NCBI RefSeq assembly: GCF_006345805.1
Contig: NC_043009.1
Location: forward strand, 68,200,001-68,264,000
Origin: Octopus sinensis
Lineage: Eukaryota
Length of the DNA stretch: 64,000 nucleotides
Direction of reading: 5' to 3'
Numbering within the stretch: the first letter of the stretch is position 1; each line of letters opens with the position of its first letter. A program made the position numbers and the translations under genes. Of the stretch, positions 11,570 to 22,997 are shown piece by piece. The notes below the pieces were generated by a model, which did not search any database, had not been told where the DNA came from, and was given only the letters and a program-made list of their open reading frames with translations.

Positions 11570-12775
11570 TATATGGAGTCTCAAAAAGACTTTGCCCCGC
11601 TTCTATTGTATAATATTATTCAAGATCACATTACGTTGCTCTCTTCTAGACATCGTGAAGTAGCACTTGGATATTCTTGCAACGTAATGACAAACGGTTA
11701 TTATTCATTCGTCTCAAGACCATTGATGCTAAGCTCTCATAATTTTGTCAAACAAGTAATTAATAACAAAGACTCGGAAATTCAAATCTTCATGCACGCT
11801 TCCCAGATAATAGCCATGTACGACGATATTTCGGTGGTTAAAAAATATTTCTAGTTAGTGTTCAGTTTGAGCATCGAGTTCGGATCAATGTTATCATTGG
11901 ATTACATCTTTATCAAAATTAATATCCAAGTTACCCCAAAGTGAATGTAAAGCTTTATAGAGATGACTGACCCCTTTCATAATAAAGATAATTAGAAGTC
12001 TAGAAGAATCTCTATCGTCATTATATGCTTGGTTTAGTTATAAAGATCTACAAATTACTCTTGAATATACGCGGAGGTGTCATAATGAGCATCAATTATT
12101 CCCTATATTCTCTCTATCTCACACTAAATCACGCTAACCTACATTCACAAACTCTTAAACTGCACTAAGAATATAATAAAATAACAATAGTGAATACTCT
12201 GCTAACCAGCAAATAATTAGTGACTCCTCGATATTCAATGAGGTTCATTTATGCAGCGGATTCAACGACAACACAACGTTCGTAGAAAAATACCAACAAC
12301 AGAGTCAGGACAAGAAAATAAAACAGACAAAAAAGAAAGAAAAAGGTGCCACCTTCTCAACTTAGATGTAGTAACATCAGTCACGAAAATATTGTTTTTA
12401 ATTGCGAAAAGAAACATTTTCCATAATGGAATAAGAATTATGAAAAAAACTTACAAAAATTATATCGAATTTTTATATTGCTGTATAGAAACTTTTGCCT
12501 TGTGTTCAGCTAACTTCAGCCAGCTTAAAATTAAATCGCCAATACTCTGGTGTAAATCTATTAGTTGTAATTGTTTTAACCATGATAACCTTTCTTCGGG
12601 CCATAAACGTAAATGCCAACGTCAAGATCGAATGCCAATATACTAAACCAGGAAATGTTGGAAATGGTCCATTTTTTTTATATCCTATATCAGGCGAACT
12701 TCAAATCTTATCAAATTTAGATAGCACAATACCAATAAGTTCAGCAATAACAATGAAGGCAACTTTGCACTAAAA
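11570..12775 (+). mobile_element. Heavily decayed Penelope-like ORF (RT remnant to GIY-YIG C-terminus)
   Basis: C-terminal frame ..VGNGPFFLYPI..ITMKATLH* resembles PLE endonuclease ends (CG.GQFTIFPF..FKxxLN*). Upstream fragments MYDDISVV and LQITLEY resemble RT motifs. Many stops and frameshifts; recognised by eye only. Confidence 0.45.
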
Positions 12776-13845
12776 TACATTATGAACAAATTCAAAACAA
12801 AATATAATTATAAACTTGCAAACACGATATAAATTATAAATTTGAACGGAAGCCTCTCTCGCTAAATCTTATGCAAGCAATGAAATAAAAAATTTAAAAG
12901 AAAGAAGTTTTCCCATCGGAAATTTATAAAATACTATTTATCAATGACACTTCGTTTGACAGGCAATCGGAAATGAAGTTTTTCTGTCCAAGTTAAACAT
13001 TCAAATCATTACATTTTAAAACATTGGAATACAAAATTCCTTCAGTCCCACGCAATGCTTTTTTCTATCCTGCGAATATTATTTAGAATATTATTAAACT
13101 CTTTCATGTCAATTTTTCGAAAGATTATCATTTTCGTTATTACCTAAATTTTTTGATTATATCTTTGACAAGCAAAAAACTCCCTATTGGGAAAAGATTG
13201 GGAAAAAATAATATGGCTCAAACAGGTGACACAGATACAGGTGTAAATTTTACGTACTTTAATAATAAGCCATAAAAAAGTGTTGTATATGAATAACTAA
13301 AAAATACAATTTAAAAAACACGCGCATTACGAGTATAATGCAATAATGAAAGCTATGAAAGGCTATACGAAATTGAAAGTTAGAACAGGTGAGAGTCATA
13401 AAGCCAGAAAATATAAATAGTTTACTAAAACTAAAAAAAATGTACAAATAAAAATTTATGCTAATATGGTTACCGAATATATTGTAATAACAGATATGTA
13501 ACGATATTCAATCTTAAAAGATATTTCTATAGAAATTTTATAAAATATCACGAATTGAAAACTAAGAAATTCTTATTCAACAGGAAAAGGCTGTTTTACA
13601 TAGCACAGATTGGAATCTGAATACTCATGTCGCAGCACACACGCATTCGCACGAACAGGTGTACAGGTTTTGCATTTATTATGCTAATTTCTTGATATCA
13701 AATATAAAAATGGTGAACTTTATACGCATACACATACATATGTTTATGTATGTATATACACATATGAGCGTGTGTATATGTATTTGTTTATTTAATGCAC
13801 GTAAATACATACAAGGTATGTACATATATATAAAAAATATATATT

Positions 13846-13917
<72 letters not shown>

Positions 13918-13933
13918 TATATATATAAATATA

Positions 13934-13979
<46 letters not shown>

Positions 13980-13996
13980 GATATAAGGAGGAAGGA

Positions 13997-14362
13997 AGCA
14001 CTCGTCGGTACGACGACGAGGGTCCGGTTGATCCGATCAACGGAACAGCCTGCTCGTGAAATTAACGTGTAAGTGGCTGAGCACTCCGCAGACACGTGTA
14101 CCCTGAACGTAGTTCTCGGGGATATTCAGCGTGACACAGAGAGTGACAAGGTCGGCCCTTTGAAATACAGGTAGAACAAGAAACAGGAAGTAAGAGTGAG
14201 AGGAAAGTTGTGGTGAAAAAGAGTACAGCAGGGATCACCACCATCCCTGCCGGAGCCTCGTGGAGCTTTAGGAGTTTTCGCTCAATAAACTACTCAACGT
14301 CCGGTCTGGGAATCGAAACCGCGATCCTATGACCGCGAGTCCGCTGCCCTAAACACGCAGCC
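13997..14362 (-). mobile_element. SINE family C (tRNA-derived)
   Basis: Minus-strand head TTAGGGCAGCGGACTCGCGGTCATAGGATCGCGGTTTCGATTCCCAGACC (B box GTTTCGATTCC), followed by a GC-rich body. Confidence 0.8.
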
Positions 14363-14552
14363 TGTCATCACTTATGTCCGTGCCGTAAGGCTAACACTTC
14401 CACACACGACAACTAATTTAATTCGTCCTTAGTCGAAGACACTTGTTGTTAATATCCTGTTACTGCATTTGTGTTTGTACTATTTCTCCCGTTTTTTTTT
14501 CTGTCCTCGTTTTCGTATACATTCATGTTTTCTTCTAAGAAAAATTAATGCT

Positions 14553-14945
14553 CTTAGCTTATTTTTCCTTGGGGCTGGCTAGATTGGAGCACGTCTAGTT
14601 ATAACCAGGCGAAATTGCAAAGATAATCTGGGACTCGATTGAGGAAAGAAAAACTCCGAATGACCCGTCCTGGTTTTCCATGTACCTTTTTTGTATCATC
14701 GTCTGAATGTTTTGCTGTCCCCTTTTTTGTTTTCCTTTTTATATACATATGGCAGCGTACGTAGACTTGGTCTCTTAATGTAAGTACTTAGTTTTTCCTT
14801 GGGCTGGCCAGATTGGAGCAATCTTAAGAATAATCAGCCGAAATTGCTAGAATAAATCTGGTGCTTGACTGAGAAAGAAAACTTCGAATGACTCGTCCTT
14901 GTTTTCTTTGTATCGTCTGTTGGATGTTTTTGTTGTCCATTTTTG
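14553..14945. repeat. Two diverged direct units, period about 234 bp
   Basis: CTTAG..TTTTTCCTTGGG(G)CTGGC.AGATTGGAGCA..CAG.CGAAATTGC..GAATGAC.CGTCCT starts at 14553 and again at 14787. Confidence 0.8.
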
Positions 14946-15233
14946 TATCACCTAGCTATCCGGATGATTTGCGTTTTTGTCCCATTTTGTATTATATATA
15001 TATAAATTTGTACGACTCTTAGTTTTTCATTCTTTCTTTCTATCAGCCCATTCGCAATTACTTCGTTCTTTACATTCTTCTTTGTTTCGTTCTCCTATCT
15101 CACATTTCCTGGCTTTCTCTACCATCTCTCCCATTCTCTTTTCTTTCACTTTACTCTGTCCCTTTCTTTTTTCTCGTTCCTCCTTAATTTTTCTATCCCT
15201 CTGATTCTACCTCTCTCCTCTCTTCCACGTGAC

Positions 15234-15333
15234 NNNNNNNNNNNNNNNNNNNNNNNNNNNNNNNNNNNNNNNNNNNNNNNNNNNNNNNNNNNNNNNNNNN
15301 NNNNNNNNNNNNNNNNNNNNNNNNNNNNNNNNN
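15234..15333. other. Assembly gap (100 N)
   Basis: Run of exactly 100 N, typical of an unsized scaffold gap. Confidence 0.99.
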
Positions 15334-15365
15334 CAAATAGTGGTTTTTATCTCTAATTTAATATA

Positions 15366-15398
<33 letters not shown>

Positions 15399-15420
15399 AT
15401 ATATATAAATAAATATATAT

Positions 15421-15685
15421 GTAGGTTATGAGAGGTAAGTGGTGTCAGTGTGACCCAAAGGTGTCAGGTAAGGTTGGATAAGTGCTATGGATAGACCGTA
15501 TTTAAGTTCCAGGTTCGGTGATTATGTGAATAAGGGGTCCAACATAGGTAAAAAAATCAGCATTTGTATATATAAAAAAAATTTTCCGTAATGGGATAAA
15601 AAAAAACTAGAAACATCTGTAAGACCTTCTATTTCTAAATGTTCTAAACATCTGCAAAGCCTTGGTAAATCTCACTACTGAAAAC
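15421..15685 (+). mobile_element. Interspersed element with decayed terminal palindrome; same family as 59160-59440
   Basis: AAGTTCCAGGTTCGGTGATTATG.GAATAAGGGGTCCAAC is shared in inverted orientation with about 59320-59365. Flanked by (TA)n. Confidence 0.75.
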
Positions 15686-15922
15686 ATATTTTTATAAATA
15701 TATATGCATAATATACATATAATATATATGTATGTGTGTATGCATATTTACATATATTTATATATGTATATATATATATGAATATATACATGTATAATAT
15801 ATATATGTATGTATATAACATATATATATACATATATATATATATATAATATATATATATATAATATATATACATATATACATATGTATATAAACATATA
15901 TATATATATATATAATATATAA

Positions 15923-15979
<57 letters not shown>

Positions 15980-17983
15980 AACAAAGAAGTGACTATCAGT
16001 CGCTGATATTGCAACCAGCTAAAGTAGCTGGTTTTTAGTCGATTCTTTGTTTAAATATTTCGATCAAAGAGGAATAGCTGTCGTTCATCTCTACCAGGCA
16101 AACATCCAGTACTGAGGACAGGAAGCAGTCCAGGAACCGGTATACTGGTTTTGCTTTGCTGGAGCGGGAGTGGTGCGCTTCTTTGCTCACAAGAAAACAG
16201 GCATAGTTTGTTTGTCTTTAGCAGCGGGAGAAAATGTTTTCCTTCGGTGAAAATATAGTAACATAGGTCTGCATAGAACAGCCACATACAAGTGGTAGCA
16301 ACCTTTACTATATATACATGTATATATATTAGCTATACTAAATACAATTTTCTGGGTAAAATACGTCTGCTTACAAAGAACTAAAGCATTCAGACATCCA
16401 ACCTGCTGGCATAGCTTTTCGAAACCTCATAGATTCTGCTGAATTAGAGAATTCATGGAAATTTACAATTATTACTTTTCATTACGAAAGGTTACTATTT
16501 TAGGTAGTTCTTCGTAAAAGCCAGAAAAAGTTAGAGGCATACTATTATTAGAGTCTGTGTTTATCTCTTTATAATGAAGAAAGTTGATTTTTCCAAGAAA
16601 AGAAAATATATTTAGAGATTGCTCGAGGCAACATGTTTCGTAACATATTTATAGAACAGACATTAATAAATAGCTAGTGTACTAATTACTGCCAACCCCA
16701 CAAACACATACATGAATTATAGTAACGGACAGCATTGATGATAATATATTTTGTTTCTGGAAATATAAATACTTAATGTATCATATTTGAGTTTAAAAGA
16801 ATACTTCTATAAAAGGGGGATGTAAACATGTTAAATGAATTCTCAATGATTTGACTTATAATAAGAAAGTAGCTAGTTGCATGTGTAATATATATGTCGA
16901 TAGTTATAATTTTCTCATATAATATTCATTGAATTTGTAAATTTCATTTGGGGAGAAAATATAACAAGAATTAGTAATCCTGACTGCTTTCAGCAAAATT
17001 TCATGTATTGAGTAAAATTAATAGTCAATGTAAATAACTTCAAATAGTCTCTGTGCATTTCATTAGTTGTACAGTTTAACTTTGGTCTCAAAGTCGTAAA
17101 TAGATGCCGGATAAATCTACCCCACCTCTCTCTCTCCTCTGGACTAATCTACCGTAGAGATCTACCGAAATATGATTGGAAATACTGGTCACACTTGAGT
17201 TTGTTTTTTATGGTCTTTGTTTTCAATTTTCATTACTTAAAAGAAGAAAGCAACGCCCCGCACACAGAAGAGGAAACTGTCGGGAGTGAGATTCGTGGAG
17301 GTAATTGTCAATCATGATGGCCGTCATTTTTTAATTCTCATCCACACCCGATGCACTTGGAAAAGAAGAGCGCCACTTCTTTTTTGATAAGTGTAAAACG
17401 AAACTACAATTTGCTTTCTGTACAACAAATTCCATTTTAATTTTTTTTTTAAAGTATTTATTGATTTAGCGTTTTCAAATTATAAGGTTCTCAAAAAGGG
17501 AGGGAAATCAGCTGCGTAAATGATACATAATAGGTTCAAAATGGGGATCAAAACTAGATCATTCGTTATTTCTGCTTCTACGATTTTCGCTCCGAGATCT
17601 CTCAAATTGAAAGTACAGACGACCCCGTTCATTGCAATTTTGCATAATGCTAGCAAACTGCTGCTATTATTATCATAATCATTGAATAATATACATTTTT
17701 TTTGAAAATGAATTAAAATTTATCCCCTCCTTAGAATCGATGCACCTGACGATAATGCAGAGATCAAGAGTAAAGCAAACAAGACACAGAATCTTTAATA
17801 CGTACATGTTAAAGGGGGCGGGGTGTATGGGAGTAGTGACATTGCTAATTACGGAGGGGCGTAAATACATTGCTGTGTTAAGATGGCCGTTGTATGGGGA
17901 GATATTACTGTGTAGGTGTACGGACTGCATATGTACATTATCTATCTATCTATCTTTCTGTCTCTTTGTCTATTTCTCTCTCA

Positions 17984-18074
<91 letters not shown>

Positions 18075-18098
18075 TGTGTGCGTGTGTGTTAGTTTGTA

Positions 18099-18357
18099 AA
18101 GGAGCGTGGCCGAATGGTCTGGATGTTGCACTCACGATCGCTAGATCGTGGATTCAATTCTCAGAGTGGGCAGTGCTTTGTGTTCTTGAGCAAAATACTT
18201 AATTTCACGCTGTTCCAGTCCTCCTTTCGACCAAGGGAGATTGTTGTCCAGCTGGCCTTGCCAGCGGAATGGTGTCGTTCAAAGGCTAAAACGATGCAAA
18301 GCACATTGTTATCAGCGATGTGCATCAACATCTCACAGTCTTGTCGGTCACGTGTTA
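18099..18357 (+). mobile_element. Diverged SINE family D (tRNA head plus CORE-like segment)
   Basis: GCGTGGCCGAATGG (A box), GGATTCAATTC (B box), TGTGTTCTTGAGCAAAATACTT (CORE-like). Related copy at 42994. Confidence 0.65.
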
Positions 18358-18446
18358 TGAGTATGTGCGTGTCTACGCGAGCGCGTGTGTAGGTATATAC
18401 ATACACACACACACACATACAGACATACACACACACATATATATAA

Positions 18447-18489
<43 letters not shown>

Positions 18490-20305
18490 AAATATTACAT
18501 TAATATAAAAGGGCTTAGTAAAATAAATTACTTTGCCACATACTGAACTCATTAGAAATAGCAGCCAAAAACGTTTTTTAGCTATTTCTAATACTTAAAG
18601 AAAATCTCTCTCAGATAGTGCTTACTCAGAATAACTTAAATATATATACATATGTATGCGTGTGTACAGAGAAAGGCATACATTATAAGCCCGAATAATG
18701 TTATAAGTTGATAAGCTGTTATCATCATGACAATTAGTGTACCCAGAACAGTTTGCTGAAAATAAATAAGAAGTAATTATCCGCTTATTAGAATCAAATA
18801 TTCAGATATAAGTATATCCACTCTTTACTGTTATCACCCGGTTATTGTTATTCAAAAGGCTTTATCCCAAAGTGATGACTTTAACTGGTTTCTGCTCTGA
18901 TTACGTATAACTGACAACTTCACTTTCTTTTTTCTAGGCCTCTATATTTTTCCATATCAATATCGAACTGCTAACTTAGAAATACAGATAAGTTAGAAAT
19001 GTTCCTCCTTGCATTCTGTTCTTAATCTCTAATAAGCTACAGGTGTTTATTGGAAATATTTAGAAAATAGCGAAAGAAAAAGAAGAAAGAACAAATGAAG
19101 CGTGTTGATGAAATTACTTCTTTGCCACATTGATGACACCTGTCTAATGAGTTAATTAAAAAAGAAAAGATCTATTAAAACTCTTATTAGATGTAAGCGA
19201 AACGTGAGATTCTAGATATTTGACTAATTTAACAACGAGTCGATGAGTACGAAAACTGTATTCATGTTCACCAAAAAAAAACGCTTATAACTTGGCTATT
19301 ATAACGATAATAGCCAAGTTTGGGAAAGAATTCATTGGTTAAGTTTTAAAATAATACTTTTCGACTAAAATTAAGAACGATTCATTATTACTTTTTAGAA
19401 TTTCCCTTCGGTTAAATAAATATTATTTTGGTTTTCGGAGGTGTATTTGCCAGGCAAATGAGTGTATATCAGACCTTTTGTTAGAAATGAACGATTGTAG
19501 TGTGGAAGACATATGTTAGCCACTCTGAAACACGAAGGCGGTAACTTACTGGTTGTATATTGTTACAATTTTCTTCTCTCCAGCTACGACCTGATCACTG
19601 GCAACTACGAATGATGTTGGAGTAATGAAAGTTTTAACACCATTTAATAATTAATAGATGAAGTTAATTGTCTTTGCCTGTTTTGAACGGCTAACATGTA
19701 ACTTCGAGTAGAATTTGAGATACGATAAAATATATACTAGCAACTGGGCCATCGCTTCTTTGCAGATTATTTTAATCTGTATTTTTCTAACATGTCCTTC
19801 CGTTTTTTTCTAAAAGTGATTGGGTATGATTTGAAAGAGATGTTATCATTTATAGAAGGTAGAGCAACACCTTTGGGATACCTGCTTTGATATTGTATAA
19901 CTGGTTAAAATTCTGCATTCTTGCAACTTTAATGTGAACAGTTACCCTAACGCGAGAGCCATTTGCTTTAAATAGTTTATTGGATAAATCCCCTCTGCTA
20001 AACTATGATAGTAAGTAGGCTTGCAGTGCTGTGATCAGCGAGAGGAAAGCTTATAGTTAGCATTGCATTCTTCGTTTCTCATTCCTCACATAAACACTGA
20101 AGAAGGTCTGTGAAAGAAAATGAGATAATAATTTATAATTCAATTTTCCTCGTTACTATAATAATTAAGAAAGACATAGCCATCGTAGCCCACAAGACCG
20201 TAGACCCTATTTTGTAATATCTGTAATGTTGGTGTTACTTGCTTTATCTTCATTACTTATATTATTTACATTTGACGGATATTTGTCCTCATCTTGTTTG
20301 TTGTT

Positions 20306-20351
20306 AACACAACGTTTCGGCTGAAATACCCTTCAGCCTTCATCAGGCGTC
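20306..20351 (-). ncRNA. Minimal type I hammerhead ribozyme of a PLE terminal repeat
   Basis: GACGC-CTGATGA-A-GGCTG[10 nt]CAGCC-GAAA-CG-TT-GTGTT. Stem I has two G.U pairs; palindromic ACGT stem III. Confidence 0.75.
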
Positions 20352-20420
20352 TTGGGGGAAATTTCGAATCTGGATTCTCATTTCTAAGATATTTTTGATG
20401 TTATTATTGTTATTATTATT

Positions 20421-20495
20421 CAGCTCACTACTTGGAATCGAACTCGGAATCTTGGGGTTAGTAGCCTGCCCTCCTAACAACTACGTCATATGCCC
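20421..20495 (-). other. tRNA-like module (A and B boxes) inside the PLE 3' region
   Basis: GGGCATATGACGTAGTTGTTAGGAGGGCAGGCTACTAACCCCAAGATTCCGAGTTCGATTCCAAGTAGTGAGCTG followed by an (AAT)n run. No clean cloverleaf. Confidence 0.65.
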
Positions 20496-21722
20496 GTGGG
20501 CAATTATGGAGTGAATTTTGGGGCTTATAAATCTAATATTTTCCTATGCTTCCGTTATACCGGTTCCCATATGCTACTCATATCTGCACTCGGTCTGCTT
20601 AGGAGGTTGTTGTGTCCTAGTATATGTGCTGCTTCTTTTAGTTTTCGTATTTTCCTGTGGTGTTCTCTGTCTATTATTTTAACTTCATCCCTCAGGGGAG
20701 GTGGTCTCCATTTTTCCATACATGATCAGCTATACCCGATTTATCAATATTTCCTCACGTCACAGCTTTATGATACTCCTCTACCCTTATTTTCAAGAGG
20801 GGCGGCATGTTTCGCTTTTGTATAACCTACCACAGCTGCATGCGATGGAGTACACGCAGTCTTTGGTCATATTCTCTTCTATTGCTTTATCTTGTGGAAA
20901 ATATCAATGAAAAAAGTTGTACTTAACTTGAAGTTTTGTGACACAGATGTAAGATAAGAACTGATCAATATGAAGCGCTTCAATGAATGATAATAGGGGA
21001 AGTTAAGTAATGTTTATATGTTCCAGGCACGAAGGCTCATCTTCAGAAGAGAACGGCTTAGAAACGTGAATTTCTGTTGATCCAGCCATTTCAGTGCCAA
21101 ATAGGCAGATATGAAACTTATTTCTGAATTTGGGGAGTGAATGTATGTGATGATATCGTATTTTTATTTTTAAATAATCTAAAGGAATCATCAAAACATT
21201 ATTCTTTGAAGGATTTGAAATGTATTGGAGACCAGAAATGGTAAGACTTCACGTAAAATACACTCTGGTATTTAATTATTATCCTTTATGTTGTGGTCAA
21301 CTTCATTTTGGGATTCACTTGGCCCGTCATCTCGAGGGGATCAGTATAATGAAGCACCAGTCAAATACTTGGGTCGATACACTGGAATATCTCCTCACTC
21401 TGTGATCTTGCGTTTATGTTATAATTCATAATTGTGCCAATGAATCATTGAGTAGTAATTTATCAGATGAAACTAACTTTGAAAGTCAGTTTTTATTTCC
21501 CATTCATCACCTAGATCCTTAACGAATGCAAGAAAAAAAACAACAACAAAAAGGGGAAAAAACAAAACAATCTAACCTTCATAATTTCTTTGAACCTTTT
21601 GCTTAAGTTAGAAAATGCTAGTTTTTCAAGTGTGTTTGCTGTGGAAAAGATTTCCGCCATTTGTATCACTAATGCATTTTCGAAACTATTTCATCCCAAC
21701 GAAGCAGTTAATGACTAAAAAA

Positions 21723-21730
<8 letters not shown>

Positions 21731-21753
<23 letters not shown>

Positions 21754-21821
21754 GAAGAGAAGAAGAAGAAGAAGAAGAAGAAGAAGAAGAAGAAGAAGAA
21801 GAAGAAGAAGAAGAAGAAGAA
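21731..21821. repeat. (GAA)n microsatellite
   Basis: Tandem GAA after a poly-A run. Confidence 0.95.
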
Positions 21822-22755
21822 AAAAGAACGACATGACACTTGCAATGCTCTTTCCCTTTTCTAAATTTTGTTTTGGAAATTTACAAAGGAATCTTATTAG
21901 AGTCTTCCAAGAGTAGGAGTTGATAATCGGTATTTTGAATTTTACAACAAGCGTAAACCTTGCTATTTTTCTATTTAATTGTAATTATCCCTTCATTATG
22001 GAAGCAAACATGATGTTCTTTTAATAAAAAAAAAACAAATATTCAACAATAAAATGAATTCTTTCATAATCCTACAAGGCCACCACACCCAAAAGATAAT
22101 GCAATAAAAACAGGACAAAGTGAAGAGAAAATTCATAAAAAGCAAGAGATAATTTTCTCTTTCATCGTGTTTGCTGTTTGCTTTGAGAATCCAGGTTAAT
22201 TTAAAATAATTTTCGATCAACATTTTAGATGTGAGTTTCCTTTTAAGAGAGAAACGGAGAGTCAATCGTAAGAAAGAGGGAGGGGAGAGAGAGAGAGAGA
22301 AGAACGAGGGAGCGACGGAGAAATATGACACAAGAGAAAGAAAGATGAAGAGGAAAGCGAGCGAAGTTAAAGCATACATAAAAGCGATTGATATCTCACT
22401 GATGGACGCCGAGTTGGTGACATCATACAGCAAAGAATTCTGGGTAATGAAAATTTTTGATATCCTCAACTCACTGGGCGAGAAATAGTGTTTTTAAACA
22501 AAGTCACAAGGTCAAATACCGTGCGGAAGAAGTTTAGTTGATTAAAACCATTCCAGGCACCCAATATATGACTTCCGTTCTTTATTAACCCCGGAAAGAT
22601 AAAGACAGGCACCCTGCCCGTAATTTGAACACATATCATAAACGGAAAGAACTAAATTACAGATTGCATTATTTTCGCTTTCCTACACATTTGCAATCCA
22701 TCAACCTGAGTTGAAAATACTTTTATTCTTGCCTCTGAAATATCTACGTAGGGGC

Positions 22756-22795
<40 letters not shown>

Positions 22796-22813
22796 GTATG
22801 TAGTATGTGTGCA

Positions 22814-22852
<39 letters not shown>

Positions 22853-22870
22853 GTGCGTGTGTGTATGTAA

Positions 22871-22997
22871 TCTTTTATTCTTTTATTTGACTGCGGCCAT
22901 GCTGTAGCACCGCCTGCAGTCGAACAAATCGACTCCAGGACTTATTCTTTGTAATCCTAGTACTTATTCTATCGGTCTCTTTTGCCGAACCGCTAGT
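22871..22997 (-). mobile_element. SINE family A tail
   Basis: GACTGCGGCCATGCTGTAGCACCGCC..CTTATTCTATCGGTCTCTTTTGCCGAACCGCTAG. Confidence 0.8.

Larger units (their letters stand above)
20261..20905 (-). mobile_element. Penelope-like element 3' end (GIY-YIG C-terminus plus terminal repeat)
   Basis: Minus-strand frames LKIRVEEYHKAVT*GNIDKSGIADHVWKNGDHL / DEVKIIDREHHRKIRKLKEAAHILGHNNLLSRPS..IWEPV*, followed by a tRNA-like segment and an HHR. Confidence 0.85.

Noticed and set aside
12495-12773. ORF resembling a cadherin repeat or signal peptide (..GPFFLYPISGELQILSNLD..)
   Set aside because: Lacks the DxDxG, LDRE and AxD calcium motifs. Its end (..GNGPFFLYPI..MKATLH*) fits a decayed Penelope GIY-YIG C-terminus better, with RT-like remnants upstream.
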